NCBI GenBank assembly: GCA_963788395.1
Contig: CAWBGV010000020.1
Coordinates: forward strand, 5,195-69,194
Reading direction: 5' to 3'
DNA length: 64,000 nt
Source of the DNA: Candidatus Doudnabacteria bacterium
GTDB taxonomy: Bacteria > Patescibacteriota > Doudnabacteria > UBA920
In this document: one piece after another, positions 55,058-64,000 of the stretch
How positions within the stretch are numbered: position 1 is the first letter of the stretch
Layout: every line of letters begins with the position of its first letter
Notes under the pieces: generated by a model
What the model was told of the DNA's origin: nothing
Seen by the model: the letters and a program-made list of their open reading frames with translations, nothing else
The model's database searches: none
Position numbers and translations under genes: made by a program

Positions 55058-55891
55058 ATGATTGCTCTCCCGCCGCTTGCGGCTGAACCAATTTTTCATA
55101 TCGGTGTCCTGACTGTAACTAATACATTAGTGAATGCCTTTTTGGCAACTTTAATTTTCGCGGTTTTCGCGTTCTTTTTGAATCTGGGCATAAAAAAGTA
55201 CTATCTGACGGATGCAGCCCCAAAAGGGATAGTTAATTTTTTTGAAAGTATTTTAGAAGTCTTTTTAAACCAAATCGATAACGTCACTCACGACCGAAAA
55301 AAAACTTTAAAGTTTTTACCGATTGTCGGCGGTGTGTTCCTGTTTATCTTAGTCTGCAATTGGATGAGTCAAATTCCCGGTACGGGGAGTTTTGGCATCT
55401 TTCGGGCCGGAGAGTTTATTCCAATTTTACGACCCGCGACCTCGGACCTTAATCTCACTCTGGGCATGGCCGTGTTTGCGGTGGTGCTATCGCATTTTTT
55501 GGGTATTATCACTATTGGTTTTTTTAAATATGCCAATAAGTTTATTAAGCTTGGTGATTTATGGCAGGCAGTTAAGAGCGGCAAGTTTATAAATATTTTT
55601 GTGGCGATTATTGAATTTTTCGTCGGCTTGCTGGAAATTATCTCAGAAATCGCCAAAATGGTTTCGCTGTCGCTTCGGTTATTCGGGAATATTTTTGCCG
55701 GTGAAGTGCTGTTAACAGTCATCGGCTCTTTGGTTGCGTTTTTAGTGCCGCTGCCATTTTTGGCCTTAGAATTGTTAGTTGGAATAGTGCAAGCAATGGT
55801 TTTTTCTCTTTTGACACTGGTATATTTAACAATCGCGACTACCCCAATCCATCACGTTGAAAGCCATGGGGTAGAGATGGAAGAAGCTTAA
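55058..55891 (+). CDS. atpB: F0 ATP synthase subunit a
   Basis: LSLRLFGNIFAGE essential-Arg motif, multi-TM. Confidence 0.9.
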   Translation: MIALPPLAAEPIFHIGVLTVTNTLVNAFLATLIFAVFAFFLNLGIKKYYLTDAAPKGIVNFFESILEVFLNQIDNVTHDRKKTLKFLPIVGGVFLFILVCNWMSQIPGTGSFGIFRAGEFIPILRPATSDLNLTLGMAVFAVVLSHFLGIITIGFFKYANKFIKLGDLWQAVKSGKFINIFVAIIEFFVGLLEIISEIAKMVSLSLRLFGNIFAGEVLLTVIGSLVAFLVPLPFLALELLVGIVQAMVFSLLTLVYLTIATTPIHHVESHGVEMEEA

Positions 55892-55896
55892 AAGTA

Positions 55897-56010
55897 GAAT
55901 TGTCCAAAATTGCTCAAAATTGTTCAGAATTGCACACAATTAAAGAGCTTGATTCTGATAAATTTTGCACAATTTTGGTCAATTCTGATCAATTTTGGTC
56001 AATTAATTAA
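55897..56010. repeat. imperfect palindrome built from ~10-bp phased AAAATTG / CAATTTT words
   Basis: The left half has 4 x (A)AATTG words spaced 10 bp apart. The right half is its approximate reverse complement. Lies between atpB and atpE. Confidence 0.6.
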
Positions 56011-56016
56011 TATTAA

Positions 56017-56296
<280 letters not shown>

Positions 56297-56298
<2 letters not shown>

Positions 56299-56344
56299 TT
56301 TTAAATCTTTGGGAAGAAAAAGTTCTTCCCTTGGATTTAAAACT
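56297..56344 (+). other. long near-perfect hairpin immediately after atpE
   Basis: AGTTTTAAATCTTTGGGAAGAA-AAAG-TTCTTCCCTTGGATTTAAAACT (22-nt arms, 2 mismatches). No T-run, so it is more likely an mRNA-stabilising or processing hairpin than a terminator. Confidence 0.55.
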
Positions 56345-56383
56345 AAAGCATAGGTCCTATGGGCCTATGGGAGTATAGGACCT

Positions 56384-56932
56384 ATGGGACCTATTGGATC
56401 TATTTTCAACTCAGTTGCCTTCGCCCAATCCACCACACCCTCCCCGGTTGCGGTGCTTGGTTTGAATGTGCAATTGTTCATTGCCCAACTGATTAATTTT
56501 GCGATTGTTCTTTTTATTCTTTGGAAGTGGGTGTTTACGCCGGTGGCTAAAAAGCTCCAGGAACGCACGGACCGAATCGAGAAGGCCATGAACGACGCCG
56601 ACCGAATTAAGAAAGAGAAATTAGAATTTGAAGACTGGCGCAAACAGGAACTCTCGAAAGCCCGCCACGAAGCCGCTGATATTGTAACCAAAGCCCAGGC
56701 AGATGCCGGACACGTAAAGGACCAAATTTTACAGCAATCCAAAGAAGAGCAGCAAAAACTGGTAGACCAGGCTAAAAAACAGATTGAACAAGAAAAAGTC
56801 CAGACATTGCAATCGGCAAAAGGCGAGCTGGCAGACCTCGTAACCTCCGCAACAGAAAAGATTTTACGGCAGAAGTTGGATTCGAAGAAGGATTTAGAAC
56901 TTGTTAAAGAGACACTGGCGGAGATTAAATAA
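56384..56932 (+). CDS. atpF: F0 ATP synthase subunit b
   Basis: N-terminal TM (LFIAQLINFAIVLFILWKWVF) then a long charged helix. Operon position fits. The start lies inside a CCTATGGG repeat, so the start is uncertain. Confidence 0.8.
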   Translation: MGPIGSIFNSVAFAQSTTPSPVAVLGLNVQLFIAQLINFAIVLFILWKWVFTPVAKKLQERTDRIEKAMNDADRIKKEKLEFEDWRKQELSKARHEAADIVTKAQADAGHVKDQILQQSKEEQQKLVDQAKKQIEQEKVQTLQSAKGELADLVTSATEKILRQKLDSKKDLELVKETLAEIK

Positions 56933-57015
56933 AATTAACAAATTAAGTAAAATTCACAAATTGTTTTTTTAATTTTTACTTAATTTTATTTAATTCCAAA
57001 ATTTTACTTAATTCT

Positions 57016-57432
57016 ATGAAGTTTTCCCCGCAACAATACGCCCAAGCTCTCTACGATTCTGTCCAAGAGGTTAATCCTAAGGATTACGATTTGATTATGG
57101 ATAAATTTGTAAAGATTTTGGCGGTAAATGGGGACTTGAACAAACATGCAGAAATTGAAACTGAGTTTCGTCGTATAGAAATGAATGCTAAAGGCATTAA
57201 AGATGTTACGGTTACCGTGGCGCACGATATTCAAATGAACAAAGGTATCCTGGACGACCTGAATAAAATAATCAAAAGTAATGTGGCATCCGACAAACCG
57301 ATTCAGACCGAGATAAAATCGAAGGTCGATGATACATTGGTCGGCGGGATAGTAGTCCGGGTTGACGATACGCTGATCGATGCGAGCGTGAGAGGACAAT
57401 TGGACAGTTTAAATGAGGAGTTGAAGCAATAA
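57016..57432 (+). CDS. atpH: F1 ATP synthase subunit delta (short, 138 aa)
   Basis: C-terminal LVGGIVVRVDDTLIDASVRGQLDSL OSCP signature, operon position. Confidence 0.8.
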   Translation: MKFSPQQYAQALYDSVQEVNPKDYDLIMDKFVKILAVNGDLNKHAEIETEFRRIEMNAKGIKDVTVTVAHDIQMNKGILDDLNKIIKSNVASDKPIQTEIKSKVDDTLVGGIVVRVDDTLIDASVRGQLDSLNEELKQ

Positions 57433-57433
57433 T

Positions 57434-57757
57434 ATGAATAGTAGACTCAATACACAAATTGGATCCTGGGGTATAGTAATGTTAATTTTTGACATTGCTG
57501 CCCTTTTTGGGATTATTTTTGTTCTTTCTTCCCAAACTCAACAATGGTTTTGCGTTTTATTGCTGGTCGTACTAAACATTCTTGTTTTTTATGGTTTTGC
57601 GAAAGTTAAATCTACCAACACCCCGGCACAAAAAGCAAGTCTGGCACGGATAATCTCGATAACTCTCCTTACGCTTGTTGCAATCGTCGTATGTTATGCG
57701 ATTATATATTTTATAATTATCGGCTGGGCTGCAACTCGGCCTGGCGGAATTGGTTAG
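57434..57757 (+). CDS. 3-TM membrane protein inserted in the atp operon (107 aa)
   Basis: Start is 1 nt after the atpH stop (TAATATG). Three hydrophobic helices, AT-rich. No family recognised. Confidence 0.55.
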   Translation: MNSRLNTQIGSWGIVMLIFDIAALFGIIFVLSSQTQQWFCVLLLVVLNILVFYGFAKVKSTNTPAQKASLARIISITLLTLVAIVVCYAIIYFIIIGWAATRPGGIG

Positions 57758-57767
57758 TCTGAATTTT

Positions 57768-58133
57768 ATGGACCAAATAACCAAAAAATCTACTTCGGGT
57801 TTTGAACTGGCTTCGCTGGTGTTTTTGGTTTTGACAGTAGCGATGGCAATTGTTGACGGCATTCTTTTGTATTCTGGCGGCCACACAGTGAAAACTAACT
57901 CAGACGAGTTAGCGGGATTGGGGAATTTCTATATATTTGCTTTTTGTCTGATAGTTACTGCTGTGTTTTTAATCCTTACGATTATTTTTGCTATTATCAG
58001 CTTTTTTAACAAAAAGACTCAACCACAAATCACGTCCAACGGTTCAGCTCCAGGAAGCCCCTTTAAAGCTGCAATTATTACCTTCTCGATTATAATGATT
58101 TGTATAATAGCATTTATTCTCTTTTTCCATTAA
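57768..58133 (+). CDS. 3-TM membrane protein inserted in the atp operon (121 aa; alternative start 57750)
   Basis: Overlaps or abuts the previous ORF. Three hydrophobic helices. No family recognised. Confidence 0.55.
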   Translation: MDQITKKSTSGFELASLVFLVLTVAMAIVDGILLYSGGHTVKTNSDELAGLGNFYIFAFCLIVTAVFLILTIIFAIISFFNKKTQPQITSNGSAPGSPFKAAIITFSIIMICIIAFILFFH

Positions 58134-58181
58134 GCCCATACACGGGCAGACAACCAGTACTAATTAACGAAAAATCATTCT

Positions 58182-59680
58182 ATGGCCAACACTAATATTG
58201 TTCAACAACTGAAAGAAAAAATCTTGGAATTCCAGCCCAAAGCTAAGGTCGAAAAAGTCGGCACGGTTTTGGAGGTGGGGGATGGTGTGGCGCGCATTAG
58301 CGGGCTTACGGATATTGGCAGCATGGAAATGTTGGACTTTGGAAACAACGTGATGGGTGTGGCACTGAACCTGGAAGAAAATCTTGTGGGATCGGTTGTG
58401 CTGGGCGATTATACTAAAATTTCCATCGGCGATACCGTAAAGGCCACCGGTAAAATTCTGTCTGTTCCTGTTGGCGAAGAGCTTATTGGCCGCACTGTGA
58501 ACGCGCTTGGCGAACCAATTGATGGCAAAGGACCAATTAAAGGCAAAGGCTTCTACCCGGTGGAAAAAATCGCTCCGGGCGTAATTACCCGCCAATCGGT
58601 TAAACAGCCCGTTCAGACCGGAATTAAGGCCATAGACGCCCTGATTCCCATTGGCCGCGGCCAGCGCGAACTGATTATTGGCGACCGCCAAACCGGTAAA
58701 ACCGCTATTGCTATAGACACAATCATCAATCAAAAAGGCCAGAACATAATTTGTATTTATGTAGCTATTGGCCAAAAAGAATCCAAGGTCGCCAAAATCG
58801 TTAATGCTTTGGAAAAAAGCGGCGCTATGGAATTTACAATTGTGGTTTCGGCCGGCGCCAGCGAACCGGCAGCGCTTTCTTATATTGCCCCATATTCCGG
58901 TTGCGCCATGGGTGAATATTTTATGGACCAAGGCAAAGACGTTTTGATTGTCTACGATGACCTTTCTAAACAAGCCGTAGCCTATCGCGAAATTTCTCTG
59001 TTGCTCCGCCGCCCGCCGGGACGTGAAGCTTATCCTGGAGATGTTTCTATCTGCACTCTCGTTTATTGGAGCGCGCTGCAAAATTAAATCCCGATTTTGG
59101 CGGCGGCTCCATTACCGCGTTGCCGATTATTGAAACCCAGGCCGGCGATGTGTCCGCCTACATTCCGACGAACGTGATTTCCATTACCGACGGACAAATC
59201 TTTTTGGAAACTGACTTGTTCTATAAAGGCATCCGTCCCGCGCTCAACGTTGGCATTTCTGTTTCCCGCGTCGGCTCTTCCGCCCAGACCAAAGCCATGA
59301 AGAAAGTCGCCGGTAAGCTGAAATTGTCATTGGCTCAATTTAGAGAATTAGAAGCTTTCGCGCAATTCGGATCGGATTTGGATCCGGAAACGCAGCGGCA
59401 ACTGGATTTAGGACGCAGGATGACGGAGGTATTAAAACAGCCGCAATACAGCCCCGTGGCATTAGAGTATGAAGTAGTGATTTTATATGCGGTCAACAAC
59501 GGTCACTTCAACTCTATCCCGGTCGAAAAAATCCAAGAGGCAGAAGCTAAATTTTTCCAGTTCATGGACACAAATGCTAAAGATGTACTGGACGCGATTC
59601 GGACAACAAAAGAATTAAATGATGCGACCGAGAACCGACTAAAACAAGCAATTGAACAATTTTTAGAATCAATTAAATAG
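58182..59680 (+). CDS. atpA: F1 ATP synthase subunit alpha, one frameshift near 59050
   Basis: [18 protein letters not shown] Walker A. The sequence continues in the 59066..59680 frame ([45 protein letters not shown]). The break is at GATGTTTCT, where family conservation expects GATGTTTTCTAT (DVFY). Confidence 0.9.
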
Positions 59681-59691
59681 GTTTTTCATTT

Positions 59692-59776
59692 GTCATTGCG
59701 AGTGCATCCGACCTGTCCGCCGCAGCTCGGCGGACAAGTCGTCGCCAAGGAAATACGAGCAGCTCCTCGCAATGAC
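59692..59776. repeat. MITE-like palindromic repeat (copy C) between atpA and atpG
   Basis: GTCATTGCGAGTGC ... CTCCTCGCAATGAC termini with an internal GTCCGCCGCAGCTCGGCGGAC hairpin. Confidence 0.65.
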
Positions 59777-59799
59777 AAAGTAACAATAAGGTAACACTT

Positions 59800-60699
59800 A
59801 TGCCGGGCATCAGAGATCTCAAAACTCGAATCAAAGCCAACCAAAACATGCGCAAGGTTACTCGCGCTATGCAGATGGTTAGTGCTGCCAAAATGCGCAA
59901 GGCGCAGGCGGCGGTTTTGGCTTCGCGTACCTATTCGGCCTTGGTCCAAGAATTGATTCAAAAATTAGCGCCAAAATTACCCGCGGCTGATCCTTTACTC
60001 GTGAGTTATCCTAACGCACCAAAAATTGGAGTTGTGGTTCTGGGAAGTAATCGGGGATTAGTGGGCGGCTTAAACAGTAATCTAGGCCAAGAAATGCAAA
60101 AATTAGCCTCTCAGCCAGGCACCACCTTAGAAGCCATTGTCTATGGCCGCCAGGCAAAAAATGTCACCTTAAGGCTGCATAAGCACGTATTAGCCGACTT
60201 CCCAAAAATAGAAACTACTATTACTACCGAAAATATTTATCCCTTGGCCCAATACTTAACCCAAGCCTACAAGAGCGGGGAGTATCGTAGCATCGTAATC
60301 GTATACAATCATTTCGTCTCGACCTTGGCTCAAAAACCCAGCACCAAACAGTTATTACCATTTACTGAAGACTTACCTGCCAATTCAGCTGCTCCTAAAA
60401 AACCGGCCCCAACCGAAGATGATCCCGGAGAAGAAATAGATACTGAATATATTTTTGAACCGAGTCCTAAATCTGTTTTGGAGCATTTACTGCCGCGCGT
60501 GATCGAAAGCCAACTTTACCAAGCAATCTTAGAAAGCGACGCCAGCGAACACAGCGCCCGCATGGTCATGATGAAGAACGCCACCGAAGCCGCCGGCGAC
60601 CTGATAAATCATTTAACCTTAACCTACAACCAACTGCGGCAAGGGAAAATTACGACAGAACTTGCTGAAATCACTGCTGGCAGAATCGCATTGGAATAA
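59800..60699 (+). CDS. atpG: F1 ATP synthase subunit gamma
   Basis: IKANQNMRKVTRAMQMVSAAKMRKAQ N-terminus and ITTELAEITAG C-terminus. Confidence 0.9.
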   Translation: MPGIRDLKTRIKANQNMRKVTRAMQMVSAAKMRKAQAAVLASRTYSALVQELIQKLAPKLPAADPLLVSYPNAPKIGVVVLGSNRGLVGGLNSNLGQEMQKLASQPGTTLEAIVYGRQAKNVTLRLHKHVLADFPKIETTITTENIYPLAQYLTQAYKSGEYRSIVIVYNHFVSTLAQKPSTKQLLPFTEDLPANSAAPKKPAPTEDDPGEEIDTEYIFEPSPKSVLEHLLPRVIESQLYQAILESDASEHSARMVMMKNATEAAGDLINHLTLTYNQLRQGKITTELAEITAGRIALE

Positions 60700-60714
60700 T
60701 TATACATTTTCTAA

Positions 60715-62148
<1,434 letters not shown>

Positions 62149-62152
62149 TAAT

Positions 62153-62252
62153 TCGTTGTACGGCAGTGCGGCGCGTATCGGCTCGCGTCCAACGGCAAGC
62201 GACCGAATAACGAAGACCGAATACCGATACGCGCGGCGCCGACGATTAACGA
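62153..62252. repeat. GC-rich long imperfect inverted repeat between atpD and atpC
   Basis: Arms TCGTTGTACGGCAGTGCGGCGCGTATCGG / CCGATACGCGCGGCGCCGACGATTAACGA (11-bp perfect core GCGCGTATCGG). Confidence 0.6.
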
Positions 62253-62258
62253 TCAACT

Positions 62259-62708
62259 ATGAACTTTATAAGCTTCCAACTAGTCACTCCCGAGCGCACC
62301 GTTCTTGACCAGGAATTGGTTAGTTTGAGTTGCCCGACGGCTTTGGGGCAAATTACTATTTTGCCCCATCATACGCAACTGGTAGCTAATTTAATGCCGG
62401 GGGAATTGCATGCTAAGACCGAGAATGAAGATTTTTACCTGTATGTTGCCGGAGGGTTTGTAGAGGTTCGGCAGGGGAGTAAGGTAATTGTTTTAGCAGA
62501 TACCGCCGAGCACTATTACGAGATAGATTTACAGGCCACCGAAGCCGCTCACCAGCGCGCTCAAAAAGCTATGGCCGAAAAATCGCTCTCCGCCAGTGAG
62601 TACGCCCAGGTCGCGGCGGCCCTGCAGCGAAACCTGGCCCGCATTCGCGTCGCCCGCAAGCACGCGCATCGTAAAGCGAGTATAGACCAAGGGCTTTCAA
62701 ATCAATAA
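62259..62708 (+). CDS. atpC: F1 ATP synthase subunit epsilon
   Basis: N-terminal beta-sandwich pattern (LVTPERTV...ILPHH..L...L.PGEL) plus C-terminal helices, last gene of the operon. Confidence 0.85.
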   Translation: MNFISFQLVTPERTVLDQELVSLSCPTALGQITILPHHTQLVANLMPGELHAKTENEDFYLYVAGGFVEVRQGSKVIVLADTAEHYYEIDLQATEAAHQRAQKAMAEKSLSASEYAQVAAALQRNLARIRVARKHAHRKASIDQGLSNQ

Positions 62709-62727
62709 CCCGTTTTGTCATAGATGT

Positions 62728-63441
62728 TTGCTATCAATGACAAATTCAATGAAATTTATTTATCGACCGAAGACGGCTCTGGAAAAATCCGCAAAAATAA
62801 TCTACAACTTGCTTGTGGACAACTTTCCGCGGACTTTTTTTGTCGGCGGCATGGTCCGCGATCTAGTTTTAGGAAAAAAAATTACTGATGTTGACATTGC
62901 AACCTCAGCGCGGCCCGAACAGGTAGTTTTGCTTTTGGCCGCCGGTAAATTTAAGATCGCGCATCAACATCCTCAGCAAGGGGTGGAGACAATTATTATC
63001 GGCAACCGGGAAATCTCCATTGCCAGTTTTCGCCGAGACTTACCGGCGCAAGACAGGTATCCGGCCGTGCTATTCACCAATTCGGCCAAAATAGATTCCC
63101 TACGGCGCGACTTTACTATAAATGCACTTTATTTAAGCCAAAAATCAGATACTATCCTCGATTTTCATAATGGGTTAAAAGATTTGGATCAAAGATTAAT
63201 TCGATTTATCGGCAATCCTGCGGTACGCATTCAGGAAGATCCATTGCGGATTGTCCGGGCGTTTCGTTTTGCAATCAAGTTACGCTTTTCTCTGGAGAAA
63301 AATACTGAGCAGGCGATCATCAAACAATCTCATTTACTGCGGTCGCTCAGTACTTCGCGAATCAAGAAAGAAATTGATAAATTAAAAACGCCGCGAGAAA
63401 AAAATGAATTAAAAAAAATCCTTGACAAATTTTTTAAATAG
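62728..63441 (+). CDS. class II tRNA nucleotidyltransferase/poly(A) polymerase family protein, short form (237 aa)
   Basis: FFVGGMVRDLVLGKKITDVDIAT and RRDFTINALY head-domain motifs. No body/tail domain follows. TTG 62728 or ATG 62737 start. Confidence 0.75.
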   Translation: MLSMTNSMKFIYRPKTALEKSAKIIYNLLVDNFPRTFFVGGMVRDLVLGKKITDVDIATSARPEQVVLLLAAGKFKIAHQHPQQGVETIIIGNREISIASFRRDLPAQDRYPAVLFTNSAKIDSLRRDFTINALYLSQKSDTILDFHNGLKDLDQRLIRFIGNPAVRIQEDPLRIVRAFRFAIKLRFSLEKNTEQAIIKQSHLLRSLSTSRIKKEIDKLKTPREKNELKKILDKFFK

Positions 63442-63619
63442 TTATACAATGTTATTAGTAGTTAAAAGAACTTGTTGAAACGAAAATTGCGGGGGAAAAA
63501 ACAGAAAATATATTTATACTACTTCCTCCATGCGTTTAGGCTTCGGCTCAAACACTCACGGAGAGTAGAAAATTAAGAAGCACTGCCAAAATCAGTAGTG
63601 CTTCAGGGAGACTAGCCCA

Positions 63620-63691
63620 ATGGCTAAGAAAAAAGCGAAGAAAGTGGCAAAGAAGAAAACCACCAAAAAAGGTGGCAAGAAGCGCCGCTAG
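63620..63691 (+). CDS. 23-aa polybasic peptide (MAKKKAKKVAKKKTTKKGGKKRR)
   Basis: GGGAG RBS 9 nt upstream, preceded by a perfect 8-bp hairpin and followed by two hairpin terminators. Below the ORF-track cutoff. Confidence 0.4.
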   Translation: MAKKKAKKVAKKKTTKKGGKKRR

Positions 63692-63698
63692 TTCTTCC

Positions 63699-63752
63699 GT
63701 CCGCCTCGGGCGGACACTAAGACCCATCCACTAAATTTTGGATGGGTTTTAT
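63699..63752 (+). terminator. tandem hairpins ending in a T-run
   Basis: GTCCGCCTCGGGCGGAC, then CCCATCC-N10-GGATGGG followed by TTTTATTT. Confidence 0.65.
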
Positions 63753-63932
63753 TTATGCTATTTTCCCGAGGCTGGACTCCAGAACATGGCATTCTAGTTT
63801 CCAAGACGGGCGCCAACAGTCCGAAAGGTGATCGCACGAAACCAAGAGACGAAGCCCTCATGTTTTCTTAGCAATCACCTTCCGGACCAGGAAGCTTAAG
63901 GAAGGCAAGGCGAGCCAGAAGACGACCTAAGC

Positions 63933-63961
63933 TTGCCAAAATCCTTAATTTACTGTATTAT
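63933..63961 (+). promoter_or_regulatory. sigma70-type promoter for a gene starting at 63971 and running off the window
   Basis: TTGCCA, 17-nt spacer, TATTAT. ATG at 63971 (MSIPAARPLD...). Confidence 0.45.
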
Positions 63962-64000
63962 GTATCAGACATGTCTATTCCGGCCGCAAGGCCCCTGGAC

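Noticed and set aside
58164-59081. Long antisense ORFs: 305 aa opposite atpA, and also 645..1229(-), 44447..44992(-), 4948..5551(-), 56365..56742(-) and 57004..57399(-).
   Set aside because: Each lies opposite a gene with unambiguous family motifs. Their sequences are low-complexity or atypical and lack start-site signals. They are shadow ORFs.
63874-63900. The minus-strand string CCUGGUCCGGAAGGUGAUUGC resembles the SRP RNA helix-8 motif (AGGUCCGGAAGGAAGCAGC).
   Set aside because: The residues after the GGAA loop do not match the conserved GGAAGCAGC. The apical pairing fails after 2 bp. The segment pairs better as one arm of a long simple hairpin.

Overview
This 64-kb chromosomal window is roughly mid-40s % GC by eye and almost all genes are on the plus strand. 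Gene content suggests a small-genome, Patescibacteria/CPR-like bacterium. That assignment is an inference from a DUF4012 gene inside the division/cell-wall cluster, a sigma-region-4 + HARE-HTH protein, pseudopilin-like and FN3 surface proteins, and mostly Shine-Dalgarno-less core genes.

Main content:
- Three separate peptidoglycan clusters: murG-patatin-murC-murB; dac-mraY-amidohydrolase-murD-ftsW-DUF4012-murJ; murI-alr.
- secA and secDF.
- A complete F1Fo ATP synthase operon (atpZ/I-B-E-F-H-[2 extra membrane ORFs]-A-G-D-C).
- lepA, hpf, trxA, an M1 aminopeptidase, Sua5/TsaC, a family-4 UDG and an ITPase.
- RNase P RNA (minus strand) and one tRNA-Thr(CGU).

Accessory or odd content:
- A heavily disrupted glycosyltransferase locus (4.1-7.8 kb).
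- An SDR remnant and a GC-rich unassignable block at the left end.
- A degenerate HicB/HicA-like pair.
- A membrane protein + VirD4/TraD-like ATPase pair.
- Small ORFs with their own signals.
- A modular family of palindromic intergenic repeats (GTCATTGCGAG...CTCGCAATGAC ends, GTCCGCC-N-GGCGGAC hairpins, and a shared promoter-like core).
- A perfect 4 x 21 bp tandem repeat upstream of the tRNA.

Several essential genes (secA, murC, lepA, atpA) carry frameshifts that look like homopolymer-length errors, so assembly quality must be considered before calling pseudogenes. No CRISPR array, rRNA, transposase or integrase was seen. All family assignments come from motif recognition by eye. No database search was run.
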